From Balanoglossus misakiensis (Eukaryota > Animalia > Hemichordata): a stretch of DNA of 64,000 bases. Positions 25,862-38,220 of this stretch are shown in pieces. The position numbers were made by a program, and so were the translations under genes. The DNA is taken from the NCBI GenBank assembly GCA_040954595.2, contig CM082585.2, positions 3,812,902 to 3,876,901 of the forward strand, in the 5' to 3' direction. The notes beneath the pieces were generated by a model. That model did not search any database, was not told the DNA's origin, and saw only the letters and a program-made list of their open reading frames with translations. The stretch's first letter is position 1. Each line of letters starts with the position of its first letter.

Positions 25862-26309
25862 AGGGGCCTACCCAGGAATTTCTGACTTTTCATTCAAGGT
25901 AGTCTTTCATGACTTTAAAGCACTTTTCACATTTTTGTGCCGAAGAGAATTTAGAGAAGTGATATTTAATCGAGTTTCATGTTCTATTTTTAATTCAGAG
26001 GATACCGTTGTCCTGGACGTTATCATTTTCACCCAATCACTGTTGAGTATTTTTCCGCTCAAACTGCATTTGCATACATAAATTGCTACTTTTTGAGGAG
26101 GGAAGGAGCCATATTAGTTTTTCGAACGGACTTGTAGTTGACAAGATTTGTAAGCGTACTTGCACGAGTCGCTCTGTTCTCTGTCAATCGTTTAGGCGTA
26201 ATAAACCCATCCTTTTGGTTTATACGACACCAGTTTGTTCGTCCGTTCCAGTGGAGTTTCTAAGAACCATACGCGAGGGAGTCCACGGCCTACCTAATAA
26301 CTCCCCCAC

Positions 26310-27120
26310 ACAGTAGGAAGAACTTGAAAAATTTGAATAGTACTGAGCCATGGTGGGATGATGAGTGTAATAAGTCCCGAAATGAAAAAAATTCAGCTTT
26401 TGAAAGATTTTCGCAAATCCAGAAATGAAACCAAACCTTAACGACCCATCGAAATTTTGGTCGGTGACAAAGAGGGTAAGAGGTTCGGGGACTATATCTG
26501 TTAATATTAAAATAAAAGTACAACTTTTTGCATGAAAGTAAATTTATGTAACACAAAAATTTTGCTGTTTCGAAATGGTGGAATTCTAAAGAAATATAAA
26601 AAAAGTGGTATTACATGGGAAATGCAGGACAAAGTGTAAGGCATTCAGATTTTTACTTGATCTTGTGAATAATGAAGCCATTTTGAGTGAATGTGGGAGA
26701 TTCCCATTAAGCTGTACATACATGAAAACATGCATTTCTTACCTGCTTAAACTTATAGAAATGAGTCATTCTCGTTATCCGAAAACATGTTACAAAATGT
26801 TGAAAAACTTGGATGAATCAGACAAAGTTAATTGGGTTACAAAAATATAAGGCTTACTCATGAGATATGGTTTTTGGGAGGTGTGGCTGGAACGGCAAGT
26901 GGGAAATCACAGTTTGTTTTATCTGTCTTTTATCAAAGACGAAAAGACTGTTATATTCAAGAGTGGCATGCTGTAGTAAGTGAATCTCCGCGAATTAGAT
27001 TTTATCCTTTGTTCAAGTCGCAACTTGAACCAGAGTGCTACCTACAGCACGGCCAAGTACTGAAATATAAATTTTCTCTGCCAAAATTTCGCTGCTCAAA
27101 CCATTGCCTCGCTATTGAAA
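26310..27120 (+). mobile_element. Degenerate non-LTR retrotransposon ORF2 C-terminal fragment
   Basis: ECGRFPL...NWVTKI...QRRKDCYIQEW...FK..LEPECYL...KFRCSNHCLAIET, typical of the post-RT region; frameshifted. Confidence 0.7.
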
Positions 27121-27575
27121 CCGATGACAGCTCTATATTTAGTGAGAAAATCGACATCAATCATTAATTTCTGTTTCAATTCTTCTACTACATGAATAGA
27201 CATTTGCGCTCTTTTCCCACCGATTTTTACATCTACATTGATTATTCCCCTAATGGGAATTTGGCGTTCATCGGCCAGCTTTATCGCTGTAAACGCCGAC
27301 GGATACATTCTTTAATTACGTAATTTCGGACTTTTCGATAATAAACTCACAGGAGCAACTGTGATAGCTGCGCCTGTATCAACAAGAACTGAAATATTAT
27401 ATGACATAATACATACGTTAACTATATTAATTCCTTTCATACATTTATCGTCAAGATCCAAATTACACATTTCTTTTACTTTCTCATTTTCTAGCCGTTC
27501 ACAGGTATCTCTCTTAAATTTCCTACGCCAAGATCCTGCCGGCACTACTCGTTTTTTTCGTTGGGATTGTTGACC
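27115..27575 (-). mobile_element. Inverted Gypsy gag-end/protease fragment (third copy)
   Basis: VLVDTGAAIT; near-identical to 29783-30240. Confidence 0.9.
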
Positions 27576-27639
27576 CCTAGACTCTCTCACAACCCCTCTC
27601 GCCGTCCGTGCAGGCTTATGGTCTGATTGCATATGTGTC

Positions 27640-28077
27640 CATAGGGGGCTGCAAACATGAAAGTTATAAATGGCGAAGTACGTTCCGTTCTGCGTTTTCC
27701 CAACCTATCTTATCATTTGCTAATCCAGAATAAAAGCTATCCATTTCCCATTAAGCACCTGCTAACGAATTAATCTGTGTGCCCCATCCACGGATTAAAT
27801 TGATAAAGTAAATATCGGTCAGCGAGTACTTTTACCGAGTGAGAACTGACCGGTGTTTACTTAATCCACTAAATCCGTGGATGGGGCACACAGATTAAGT
27901 CGTTAGCAGGTGCTTAATGGGAAATGCGATAGCTTTTATTCTGGATTTGCAACTGATAAGACAGGTGGAGGTAACACAGAAAAATAAACAAGCACAAAGA
28001 CTGTTCATCAAGTAATGTTTATTGGGGGAAAATGCAGAAACTCCGCCATTTATAACTTTCATGTTTGCAGTCCCATG
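27640..28077. mobile_element. Foldback MITE, largely palindromic
   Basis: CTGCAAACATGAAAGTTATAAATGGCG at 27649 is inverted at 28044-28070; inner arms ~27722-27800 and ~27868-27946. Confidence 0.8.
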
Positions 28078-28522
28078 TGTTCTAATCAATGAAAGGGCAT
28101 GGACACTAGACTTGCGTAAGAGAAAAAGGGGTCAAGTAAATACGCGCGAACGTGGCTCGAAATGGGCTGATTCCGGTACTCTCTGGCCTACTCCCAGCCG
28201 TATTTTGTCCGCTTTGCTTCCAAAACTACGCCTAGCCTCACTCATGCCACTGGCCCAATAAAACCCCATACCCCTTGATGACTCATTGTAAGAAAGCTGA
28301 CTAATGGAATTGAGTGACGTACACCTTTAGAGAGGATTAGAGTTCAGATTCGGGATTCGAACGGAGGAGTGATTATTAAAGATCTGGTTGCAGATTTGAA
28401 GTTGAATACTTGGTGTCTGCCTCAGTTACTAAAAGTATTGCGATCCTGAGTGGTACCTCGAATGAATTTAGACTCTACTAGACTGACAGTGAATGAGAGT
28501 CTAGAGGGGATCCAGTGACAAA

Positions 28523-28540
28523 TTGGTGGAGACATCCGGG
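28523..28540 (+). promoter_or_regulatory. Primer binding site, closest to tRNA-Ala 3' end
   Basis: TGGTGGAGA...CCGGG right after the LTR; mirrored at 35310-35327 on the minus strand. Confidence 0.6.
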
Positions 28541-28610
28541 GTAAACTTAGCGACACAACTATATGATCCTCCGATCCGGGAGAATAAACCAACCAAGAGA
28601 CTCTAGACTC

Positions 28611-28765
28611 TAGACTCTCTCACAACCCCTCTCGCCGTCCATGCAGGCTTATGGACTGATTGCACGTGTGCCCGCCGAGAGGTTAGCTACACAACACCAA
28701 ACGGTACTTCTCCCTTACCAAACGGTTGAGGGCGCGTAGCGAATCGTGGGCTGTGAGAGAGTCTA
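28611..28765. mobile_element. MITE in gag 5' region (same insertion as 35048-35207)
   Basis: TAGACTCTCTCACA / TGTGAGAGAGTCTA termini. Confidence 0.85.
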
Positions 28766-30305
28766 GAACTACCCAAACGAACCACGTGGTGAGATTGACG
28801 GGCGCCTGACTGAAGAACTTCAGCGTATGGAGAGGATGCAAGAAAGAGAACGACGAGAACAACTAGAAAACCTGGACGCCCTAGGTAGGCAATTTTCGAA
28901 CATTAATATGGGAGTGAATGTAATGCCACCTAAATATACTGCGCGAGAGAACGATTCCCCACAGAAATAGCTGAAAAAGTTCGAAATGTATATGAACCTC
29001 AAGCAAGTTCAACGGGCCAATATCATCGACGTGTTTGGTCTACTGATGGCCGACTGGTTTACGTCCCAGCCGGACGAAATCATACAGAACTGGAACGCCT
29101 TAAGAGAAGAATTCTTAGAGCGTTTCACGAAACAGGAGCCCAGATGGCGAAGCGACCAAGAACTGCGTAACGTTCGCCAAGAGCCAGGTGAGTCGGTAGA
29201 AGCTTTTGCAGGCCGACTGAAAGACAAATGCGACCGGTAAGGTCGTAATGACGTTGAATTGCTGAGTCACTTCCTGCATTGGTTGCGACCAAAGTTGATG
29301 AAGTTCGTCGCTGGAAGAGATCCCGAAGATTTCAAGTCAGCGTTCGCCTTCGCCAATACTGTTGAACTGGGGGTCGACCTACCAGATGAAGATGCCAAGT
29401 CAACATCAAGAAACACTGAACTGACTAAGCTACTACTCATGCTGGCAGAACAGAACCAGAAGTTGACGAATGAAAAGGACAGAGGTCAAGAACCGGCGCC
29501 TCGAGTAAGTCAAGACAATGGTACGGTACGTGAAAGTAATATTTACAATCAAGGATATTCTAGAAACTCTTACAGACAATCAGATAGAAATTATTCTGGA
29601 AGAAATAATGGTCAAGCTAGAGTCTATGGAAATAGACTTGTAGATCACGATAGAGTTGTATGTTATTCATGTGGGGTCGCTGGGCAAATAAGTTCAGCCT
29701 GTCCAAATCGAAGGGCCGACACCAGAGTTTGCTATAATTGTGGTCGTCAAGGTCACATTTCACGCAATTGTTTGGCTGGGAGTCAACAATCAAAACGAAA
29801 AAAACGAGTAGTGCCGGCAGGATCTTGGCGTAGGAAATTTAAGAGAGATACCTGTGAACGGCTAGAAAATGAGAAAGTAAAAGAAGTGTGTAATTTGGAT
29901 CTTGACGATAAATGTATGAAGGGAATTAATATAGTTAACGTATGAATTATGTCATATAATATTTCAGTTCTTGTTGATACAGGCGCAGCTATCACGGTTG
30001 CTCCTGTGAGTTTATTATCGAAAAGTCCGAAATTACGTAATTAAAGAATGTATCCGTCGGCGTTTACAGCTATAAAGCTGGCCGATGACCGCCAAATTCC
30101 CATTAAGGGAATAATCAGTGTAGATGTAAAAATCGGTGGGAAAAGAGCGCAAATGTCTATTCATGTAGTAGAAGAATTGAATCAGAAATTAATAATTGAT
30201 GTTGATTTTCTCATTAAATATAGAGCTGTCACCGATTTCGCTAGTAAGAAATTAAAACTTCGTTCTGCTTTGGTTGCCAAGGCTACCCAAGGCTTCTCTG
30301 TTCGC

Positions 30306-30608
30306 AAGGCCCTAGGCCCTGACCTAGAACACTAGATAAACCAGTAAATGATTGAAAGGTGTTGATAAAATGGAAGGGGTGGGTGTGGGAGGGGGTGTCC
30401 CCATTCCACATTAGAACATTTTGTAAAATAAAGGGCGCGAAACTGCATGTTTGTGGACTCAAAATAAATATTTAGTCGTCATGGTTTTCAAGTCCCCCCC
30501 TTTCAGTCCCTTAATTATTTCAAATCCCCCCTTACATACCCTCAATTTTTTCAACCCCCCCCCCCTCAATTCTCCCCCCCCCCTCCAGAGGTGTTTGTGA
30601 ATGCAGCC
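30306..30608. mobile_element. Truncated Harbinger-like MITE (family of 36941-37503)
   Basis: Right TIR AGGTGTTTGTGAATGCAGCC-TTA and shared internal sequence. Confidence 0.75.
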
Positions 30609-31133
30609 TTAACAATCGTATGCCCGATGGAATTCTCGGTCATACAGAAACAAAAAAGAGGCGTGTAGTCGACACAAAAACGATATTCACCTGATGGTTA
30701 CTGGACTAGAAAATTGAGATGTGCTCGGCGAAATTATACCTTGGGAAAGTAGATTATCACCTTCTTTCTCTGTCACTTTACGTTTTTCTGGATCTACTCT
30801 ATAATGAGGCATTTTACTGGCTGAGCATTCGGCAGTAAGTCAATGTTATGTTTTATGGCATCACAATACCCTAATTTCTTATCATTACCCACAAATGCTG
30901 CTTGATTTCGCCATAACACTCTTTGTAAATCCTCTGTTTGCTGGTCAGTCAAGATGAATCACTAAAATCAAATTTACTCATTAAATCCTCTTTGGCCTCT
31001 TTACTCCACATATCCCCTCTATAATCATCGGTACCGACATCTAAATTATGGATCGTAGCACCTGCAGGTAACATACAAAAGGTTCCCAATTTCGTCCCCT
31101 TTCTAATGAAAACACCCTTATCAACCGGTTTTA

Positions 31134-32934
31134 GGCACTGTCCAGAATTTACTTCCAGGGTGGGGCTGGAGGATTTCTTATTTTCCTGGTGACTTTTTTC
31201 CGTGACCCCCCCCCCCCTAGTAAATTGTGGAGGAAATCTGTGACCCCCTTAAATTTCCTGTTTTTTTTTTCCATGCCCCCGAATATATACATGCATGCTT
31301 ACAGACTACAGCACATACAGTCTGACAAGTTCATCAGACATCACCCTTTGCACAAACAATCAAGAGATCATTTACTCACTGATATAACCAATTTTACAGG
31401 GGACAGATAAGTGGTCATAAAAATCATGTTTTTGCTGAGGCTGCAAGTGGCACACTTTTGGGAAGCCTGGCAATGGGCAACTAAGATTATAGCTTTCTGA
31501 AAATCAGTAAATTATGACAAAAATTCCTGTCACTATGTCCACTACATCAAACACTTTAGTTGTAAATAAGACATGTCAAAAAACGCTGCGTCAGCACTTT
31601 TGCATCAGAGGTTTTTCAAGGGAAAATATACAATTATGATCGTTGAATCTAATTATCAAGCAGAGTGACATAGTATTTGTTTATATTTTTTAATACAGCA
31701 TTTTTCAAAGGATCGTGTGTGACTGTTTCAGGAAATTGACAGTACTCAATTGTTTAACAATTTCATATCTTACTTTCTCCTTTTAACAAACAACAATCAA
31801 GTATTTTTTAGAAAATTCAAATCAAACATGAGATTGTGTCCTTAAAAGCATTTTCAAAAAATTCTGCAAGTTTTGGCAAAAACATAAATGAAATGTTTCT
31901 TGTTTTTCAATGGGTAAATAAAAATAAGGTAGTCATGCACAATTTTATGGGTTTTAAATTTTTTTAAAACAATTTTAGCTGGCACAAAACATATAATTTT
32001 ATGTGTTTGTACTATAATCAAAACAATAGGTACATCACAGACAGAATATTTGCTGTTACACATGAGCATACTCTGAGGATTGGACCAAGAAAGTGCACAG
32101 TCTTGACACAGAGGACTAAAACATACAGAAGTTAAAGCTAATGTCTTTTTTAGTTTAATATTACCAGAAAGCAGGGTGCCATTAATATCTTTTCAATGAG
32201 ACAGAAATTGCAAATTCGACTGTTGAGCCTCACAAAAATTGCAGACAAGCATGATTCAGACTGCAAGCAAAAAGACATTTTAAAAATAAATATTGTGTAT
32301 TATTTTAGTTTGTAGGAATTAGAATTCTTGCCCATATATTGTGCAATTTTGAACAAACTAGAAAAGAAATCGACAAATACTTTGAGGTCAACAAATCGTA
32401 AGAGTTAACAAGAGTTACGGCTAGTAGGGCTTTAAATCTGGATTCTCACCTGAGTACCATATTTTAGCAAGTAAAATAAATGTGATTTATTATGTCTTCC
32501 TTTATTCACAGTCACTCCACAAAATACCCCAGGCATACTATGCTTTATTCTAAAAATGTAGAATTAATTTATCACTAGCTGCTGATATCTTTTGTCATAG
32601 AAAAGTAAATAGATTGTCAAAAAAGTCTAATTCTTTAAAACTTGTCTGGACTTGAATTGAGCTCAGTTATCAACAGTTATCAACAGCTCAGTTATCAACA
32701 GTTATCAACAGCTCAGTTATCAACAGTAACAACACTGACTGTTCACCATGGTGGTTTGTTTCATATAAATCAGTACTTCTGGGCAAATATTGAGTTTGTG
32801 AGGTTTTTTTACATGCCCCAAGGATTGTGATTTTTATGTCTGCCCCCCCCCCCCTAATTTTTCTTGGGGAAAATGGGTGCCCCCCCCTGAAAATCCTCCA
32901 GCCCCCCCCCTGGAAGTAAATTCCAGACGGTCCC
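31134..32934. mobile_element. Non-autonomous PIF/Harbinger-like transposon
   Basis: TIR GG(C/G)AC(T/C)GTC..GAATTTACTTCCAGGG, TTA TSD; removal restores pol frame VVKPVDKG. Confidence 0.85.
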
Positions 32935-33052
32935 TTACCACCCAACCTGTAACTTCGTTCCCCTTTGTAACATCCAAAACCCTTGGTGTCGCAACTCCCA
33001 AATGGCTTATATTTTTAGTTGTGACTGTATGACCGAGAATTCCATCGGGCAT

Positions 33053-33439
33053 CAGTGTTCGAAATTCGTAGGAAATATCAACCAGTCACCAGGACTGGCA
33101 ACTTCAAAAAGTTGCCAGTCCTGCCAAAAACTTACCAGTCCTGATATTATACCTTACAATTAAATGTAATCAAATACAACTGAGAAGGTATTACCTCATC
33201 TTTGAACAATTGAAGATGGGATGGAATCATCTTTCAGTTTCTCTTTACATTACTTAGATCATTGTTTCTTTTATTTGCAATACATGAACTGGGGAAAGTC
33301 TAAAAGATACCATGATACCACTGATCAACTCCCACGCTAAAATCAACCTGTCTGTCGGACTGGTAACATTTTATTTTTACCAGTCCTACATAAAAACAAC
33401 CAGTCTCGGACTGTCGGACAGGCTTTATTTCGTACACTG
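33053..33439. mobile_element. hAT-like MITE with 7-bp TSD
   Basis: CAGTGTTCGAAAT / ATTTCGTACACTG; CGGGCAT duplicated; empty site at 30617-30630. Confidence 0.8.
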
Positions 33440-35047
33440 CGGGCATACGATTGTTTAGTTTGTCGGAAAACAAACATTCTGAACGAGATGGAACAGAGAA
33501 GCCTTGGGTAGCCTTGGCAACCAAAGCAGAACGAAGTTATAATTATTTACTAGCGAAATCGGTGACAGCTCTATATTTAGTGAGAAAATCAACATCAATT
33601 ATTAATTTCTGATTCAATTCTTCTACTACATGAATAGACATTTGCGCTCTTTTCCCATCGATTTTTACAGCTACATTGATTATTCCCCTGATGGGAATTT
33701 GGCGTTCATCGGCCAGCTTTATCGCTGTAAACGCCGACGGATACATTCTTTAATTACGTAATTTCGGACTTTTCGATAATAAACTCACAGGAGCAACCGC
33801 GATAGCTGCGCCTGTATCAACAAGAACTGAAATATTATATGACATAATACATACGTTATCTACATTAATTCCCTTCATACATTTATCGTCAAGACCCAAA
33901 TTACACACTTCTTTTACTTTTTCATTTTCTAGCCGTTCACAGGTAACTCTCTTAAATTTCCTACGCCAAGATCCTGCCGGCACTACTCGTTTTTTCGTTT
34001 TGATTGTTGACTCCAAGTCAAACAATTGCGTGAAATGTGACCTTGACGACCACAATTATAGCAAACCCTGGTGTCGGCCCTTCGATTTGGACAGGCTGAA
34101 CTTATTTGCCCAGCGACCCCACAACCCCACATGAATAACATACAACTCTATCGTGATCTACAAGTCTATTTCCATATACTCTAGCTTGACCATTATTTAT
34201 TCCAGAATAATTTCTATCTGATTGTCTGTAAGAGTTTCTAGAATATCCTTGATTGTAAATATTACTTTCACGTACCGTACCATTGTCTTGACTTACTCGA
34301 GGCGCCGGTTCTTGACCTCTGTCCTTTTCATTCGTCAACTTCTGGTTCTGTTCTGCCAGCATGAGTAGTAGCTTAGTCAGTTCAGTGTCTCTTGATGTTG
34401 ACTTGGCATCTTCATCTGGTAGGTCGACCACCAATTCCCCAGTCTTGGCGAAGGCGAACGCTGACTTGAAATCGTCGGGATCTCTTCCAGCGACGAACTT
34501 CATCAAATTTGGTCGCAACCAATGCAGGAAGTGACTCAGCAATTCAACGTCGTTACGACCGTACCGGTCGCATTTGTCTTTCAGTCGGCCTGCAAAAGCT
34601 TCTACCGACTCACCTGGCTCTTGGCGAACGTTACGCAGTTCTTGGTCGCTTCGCCATCTGGGCTCCTGTTTCGTGAAACGCTCTAAGAATTCTTCTCTTA
34701 AGGCGTTACAGTTACGCATGATTTCGTCCGGCTGGGACGTAAACCATCGTTCTGCTTCGTCGGCCATCAGTAGACCAAACACGTCGATGATATTGGCCCG
34801 TTGAACTTGCTTGAGGTTCACATACATTTCGAACTTTTTCAGCTATTTCTGTGGGGAATCGTTCTCTCGCCTAGTATATTTAGGTGGCATTACATTCACT
34901 CCCATATTAATGTTCGAAAATTGCCTACCTAGGGCGTCGAGGTTTTCTAGTTGTTCTCGTCGTTCTCTTTCTTGCATCCTCTCCATACGCTGAAGTTCTT
35001 CAGTCAGGCGCCCGTCAATCTCACCACGTGGTTCGGGTGGGTAGTTC

Positions 35048-35207
35048 TAGACTCTCTCACAGCCCACGATTCGATACGCGCCCTCAACCGTTTGGCAAGG
35101 GAGAAGCACCGTTTAATTTGGTGTTGTGTAGCTAACCTCTCGGCGGGCACACGTGCAATCAGTCCATAAGCCTGCATGGACGGCGAGAGGGGTTGTGAGA
35201 GAGTCTA
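35048..35207. mobile_element. 160-bp MITE (TAG...CTA, 9-bp TSD) in gag
   Basis: GGGTAGTTC at 35039-35047 and 35208-35216; removal restores MAEPIDTGMNYPPEPRGEIDG. Confidence 0.9.
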
Positions 35208-35329
35208 GGGTAGTTCATGCCTGTATCGATTGGTTCGGCCATCACTGCTTCTCTTGGTTGGTTTATTCTCCCGGATCGGAGGATCATATAGTTGTGTCGC
35301 TAAGTTTACCCCGGATGTCTCCACCAATT

Positions 35330-35812
35330 TGTCACTGGATCCCTTCTAGACTCTCATTCACTATCAGTCCGTAGATTCTATTAAAATTCAGTCGAGGTAC
35401 CACTCAGGATCGTAATACTTTTAGTAACTGAGGCAGACACCAAGTATTCAAGTTCAATCTCCAACCAAATCTTTAATATAAGCATCAGTACTTACAACTC
35501 TTCCAATTCGAATCAACTCAAAAGTGTACATCACTCATATTTATAATTCCATTAGTCAGCTTTCTTACCATGAGTCATTAAAATTAGAAAGTTCAATGCC
35601 TTCTACTTGATCAGCCGATGTTCATCTCTAGGTAATAAATTCATAATATTATCGTATTATTTGCTGTATCTAGGTAATACAATTTCTACGCCATCGCCGC
35701 TTGACTCCAACATGTGAGGTACGCTGTAATTTTAGTTCCAGGGACCACAATAATTTTATTTATTACGTAACCAAACAAATAGGTCAAAATGAGGATGTAT
35801 GAGGGCGTAACA
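35330..35812 (-). repeat. LTR, 483 bp
   Basis: TGTTAC...GTGACA termini, adjacent PBS, homologous to 45861-46374 and 28278-28520. Confidence 0.88.
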
Positions 35813-38220
35813 ATTTCTTGGGCACCTCTTAAATAAAGACGGGATCTCGGTTGATCCTATAAAGAAAGTGAGTGTTGTTCAAGATTTTCCTGTCCCTAAG
35901 AATGTGTTAGATGTTCGTGCATTTTGGGGGAGTGTCGGTTTCTATCGTCGTGATTTTGCTAAGATTGCAAATCCTTTTCATAGGTTGTTTAAGAAAGATG
36001 TTCAATTTAGTTGGAATGATGATTGTCAAGAGGCTTTTGATTCCCTTAAGCAAGCTTTGGTTACAGCTCCAGTTCTCGGTTATCCACAGTTTGGAAAACC
36101 ATTTAAGTTATACACAGATGCCTCGTCTCAGAGCGTCGGGTTCGAACTGACACAAGAGCAGGACGGCTGTGAAAGACCAATTGTATATGGAGGGCGTTCC
36201 CTTAGCCCAGCTCAACAGCGGTACACTACTACTGGCCCGAACCACTGCGATACCTATTTACGTTCTACTAAATTCCAGATAATTTCTGACTATGCTAATC
36301 TCCCTTAATTTGGTCAAGATAAAGAAACCTTCAGGTAGAATTGCAAGGTGGATATACTCAAAGTGCAGGGGTATGATTGTGAAATTATCCATAAGCCTTG
36401 TAAATTAATTGCTCATGCCGATGGGTTGTCCCGTCGACAATATTCTGATATTTGTGATGATAGTTCTGATTTTCATGGGTCTGATTTGTTTGACGAAATG
36501 CTTGAAGTGAATAATAACGATGACATGACACGACAGTTGACTGAGTCGCCTGACAGTGCTGCCGCGCCGCAAAACGGCGAAGATACGACGTCAGTAGTAG
36601 CGCTAAATCAAATAGAAATCGCGTTGAATGATGAAGTTACGGACGTGCAACGGTTATACGACGATAGCGAAGTGAAATTAACGGGAAACGAACAGATCGG
36701 TCGCGGTAGTAACGACCCCAATTCAAACGGAAAGCGCAATGAATCGGAGAGTAGTGACAACATCCAGGAAGACAACGAAGTTGAAAACAAAATAAAGAAA
36801 TCGCAAAGGGAAGACCCTGATCTAGAGAAATGGTTTGCATTTATCGAACGAAACGAATTACCAGAGAATGATAAATTAACGCGGTACGTTGCGAGCGATG
36901 GCAATAATTATGTGATTATCAATGGTGTATTATATCATTAGGCTGCATTCACAAACACCTCTGGAAGGGGGGGGGGAATTCATTTTTTTAACGTTAATTT
37001 CCACATGGCCCCCGTGCACAACCCGAACTATTTTCAAATCCCCCCTTCCGAGCTGCCAAAATTTTGAAATCCCCCCATTTTCTTTCACAGGGTAAAACAC
37101 ATCACCTATCTACAGTTGTATCTTATAAAAAAGAAAAACAGCGCTCCCATGAAAAGAATTTGAAACTGATGTTTGCCCTCATCAGTGGGTATTAAAAGTG
37201 AACTTTGTTAATATTGTTTAGGTCTTAGTATTCTGTGTTGGCAGACATTGTAAACCGAGACGTGACGGGGTGGGTGTGGGAGGGGGTGTCCCCCTCCTAC
37301 ATTAAAAAAAATGCATTATGAAGGGTTCAAAACTGCATTTTTGTGGACTCAAAATAAATATTTAGTCCTCAAAGTTTTCAAGCCCCCCCTTTCAGTCCCT
37401 ATATTATTTCCAATCCCCCCTTACACACCCTCAATTTTTTTTCAAATCCCCCCCTTCAATTCTCCCGCCCCCCCCCCCTCCAGAGGTGTTTGTGAATGCA
37501 TCCTTATTGGAACGCGACAGGGAAGGAGAAATTTATTCGACAGTTAGTTGTTCCGAAACCACTGCATCTTTATATCCTCCAGAGAATGCATGATGATATT
37601 ACGGCTGGTCACCAAGGGGTCAGTCGGATGTTGAAGATTATACATTTGCGATACTTTTGGAAGAATATGATTGACGTCACTGATTACGTAAACTCATGCG
37701 TACATTGCCATTCGCGAAAGCGCGGTACACGCGGCAACGCCCCTTTGCATCCAATCCCTGTAGCTTCGGTTATGCAACGAATGGGCGTCGATTTCTTAGG
37801 TCCCTTGAAACAAACGAAGCGAGGTAATAAATATACTGGTGTTTACCGAGTACTTGATTATATTTAGTTTAGCGTTTGCAACGGCATATATGAAGAATGA
37901 AACTGTAGCAAGGATTATGTTTGAACAGGTCCTTTGTTTATTCTGTTTCCCCAGCATTTAAATTTCGGACCAAGGATCGGCATTTGTGTCTCAAATAGTA
38001 CAAGAGATTGCCGATACTTTGAAATTACAAAGAAGACAACCAACCCTTACCATCCACGCACAAATAGAATGTGTGAGAGACAGAATTCCAGTATTTTGAG
38101 CATGTTGTCCATGTGTATTTCAGAAAGAGAGGACGATAACATTGGGGTATGTATCCGTGATGTTTGCATATCGAGCGAGTCCACACGAGAGCACTGGAAT
38201 CAGCCCTTTTCGAGCCACGT
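35813..38220 (+). pseudogene. Degenerate Gypsy pol: RT C-terminus, RNase H, integrase
   Basis: FLGH..., PFKLYTDAS, ERPIVY, HADGLSR, HHCC (H..AGHQG...CVHC), GVDFLGPL, YHPRTN.MCERQN; RT-RH-INT order; stops and frameshifts. Confidence 0.92.
36941..37503. mobile_element. Harbinger-like MITE in integrase region
   Basis: TTA-GGCTGCATTCACAAACACCT ... AGGTGTTTGTGAATGCATCC-TTA. Confidence 0.88.

Larger units (their letters stand above)
28278..30648 (+). mobile_element. Gypsy element 5' part: partial LTR, PBS, degenerate gag (two zinc knuckles) and protease
   Basis: LTR ends TGACA at 28520, then AATTGGTGGAGACATCCGGG; gag VRQEPGESVEAFAGRL, CYNCGRQGHISRNC; protease DTGA; in-frame stops. Confidence 0.9.
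30650..35812 (-). mobile_element. Antisense Gypsy copy: full 5' LTR, PBS, gag, protease and RT N-terminus
   Basis: LTR 35812-35330 (TG...CA), gag ATG 35242, DTGA, GIISPSTSQFSSPV and RFCVDY near 30660-30740; three MITE insertions. Confidence 0.9.

Noticed and set aside
25862-26300. Possible coding fragment between the BEL/Pao and LINE pieces
   Set aside because: No recognisable motif in any frame read; left unassigned.
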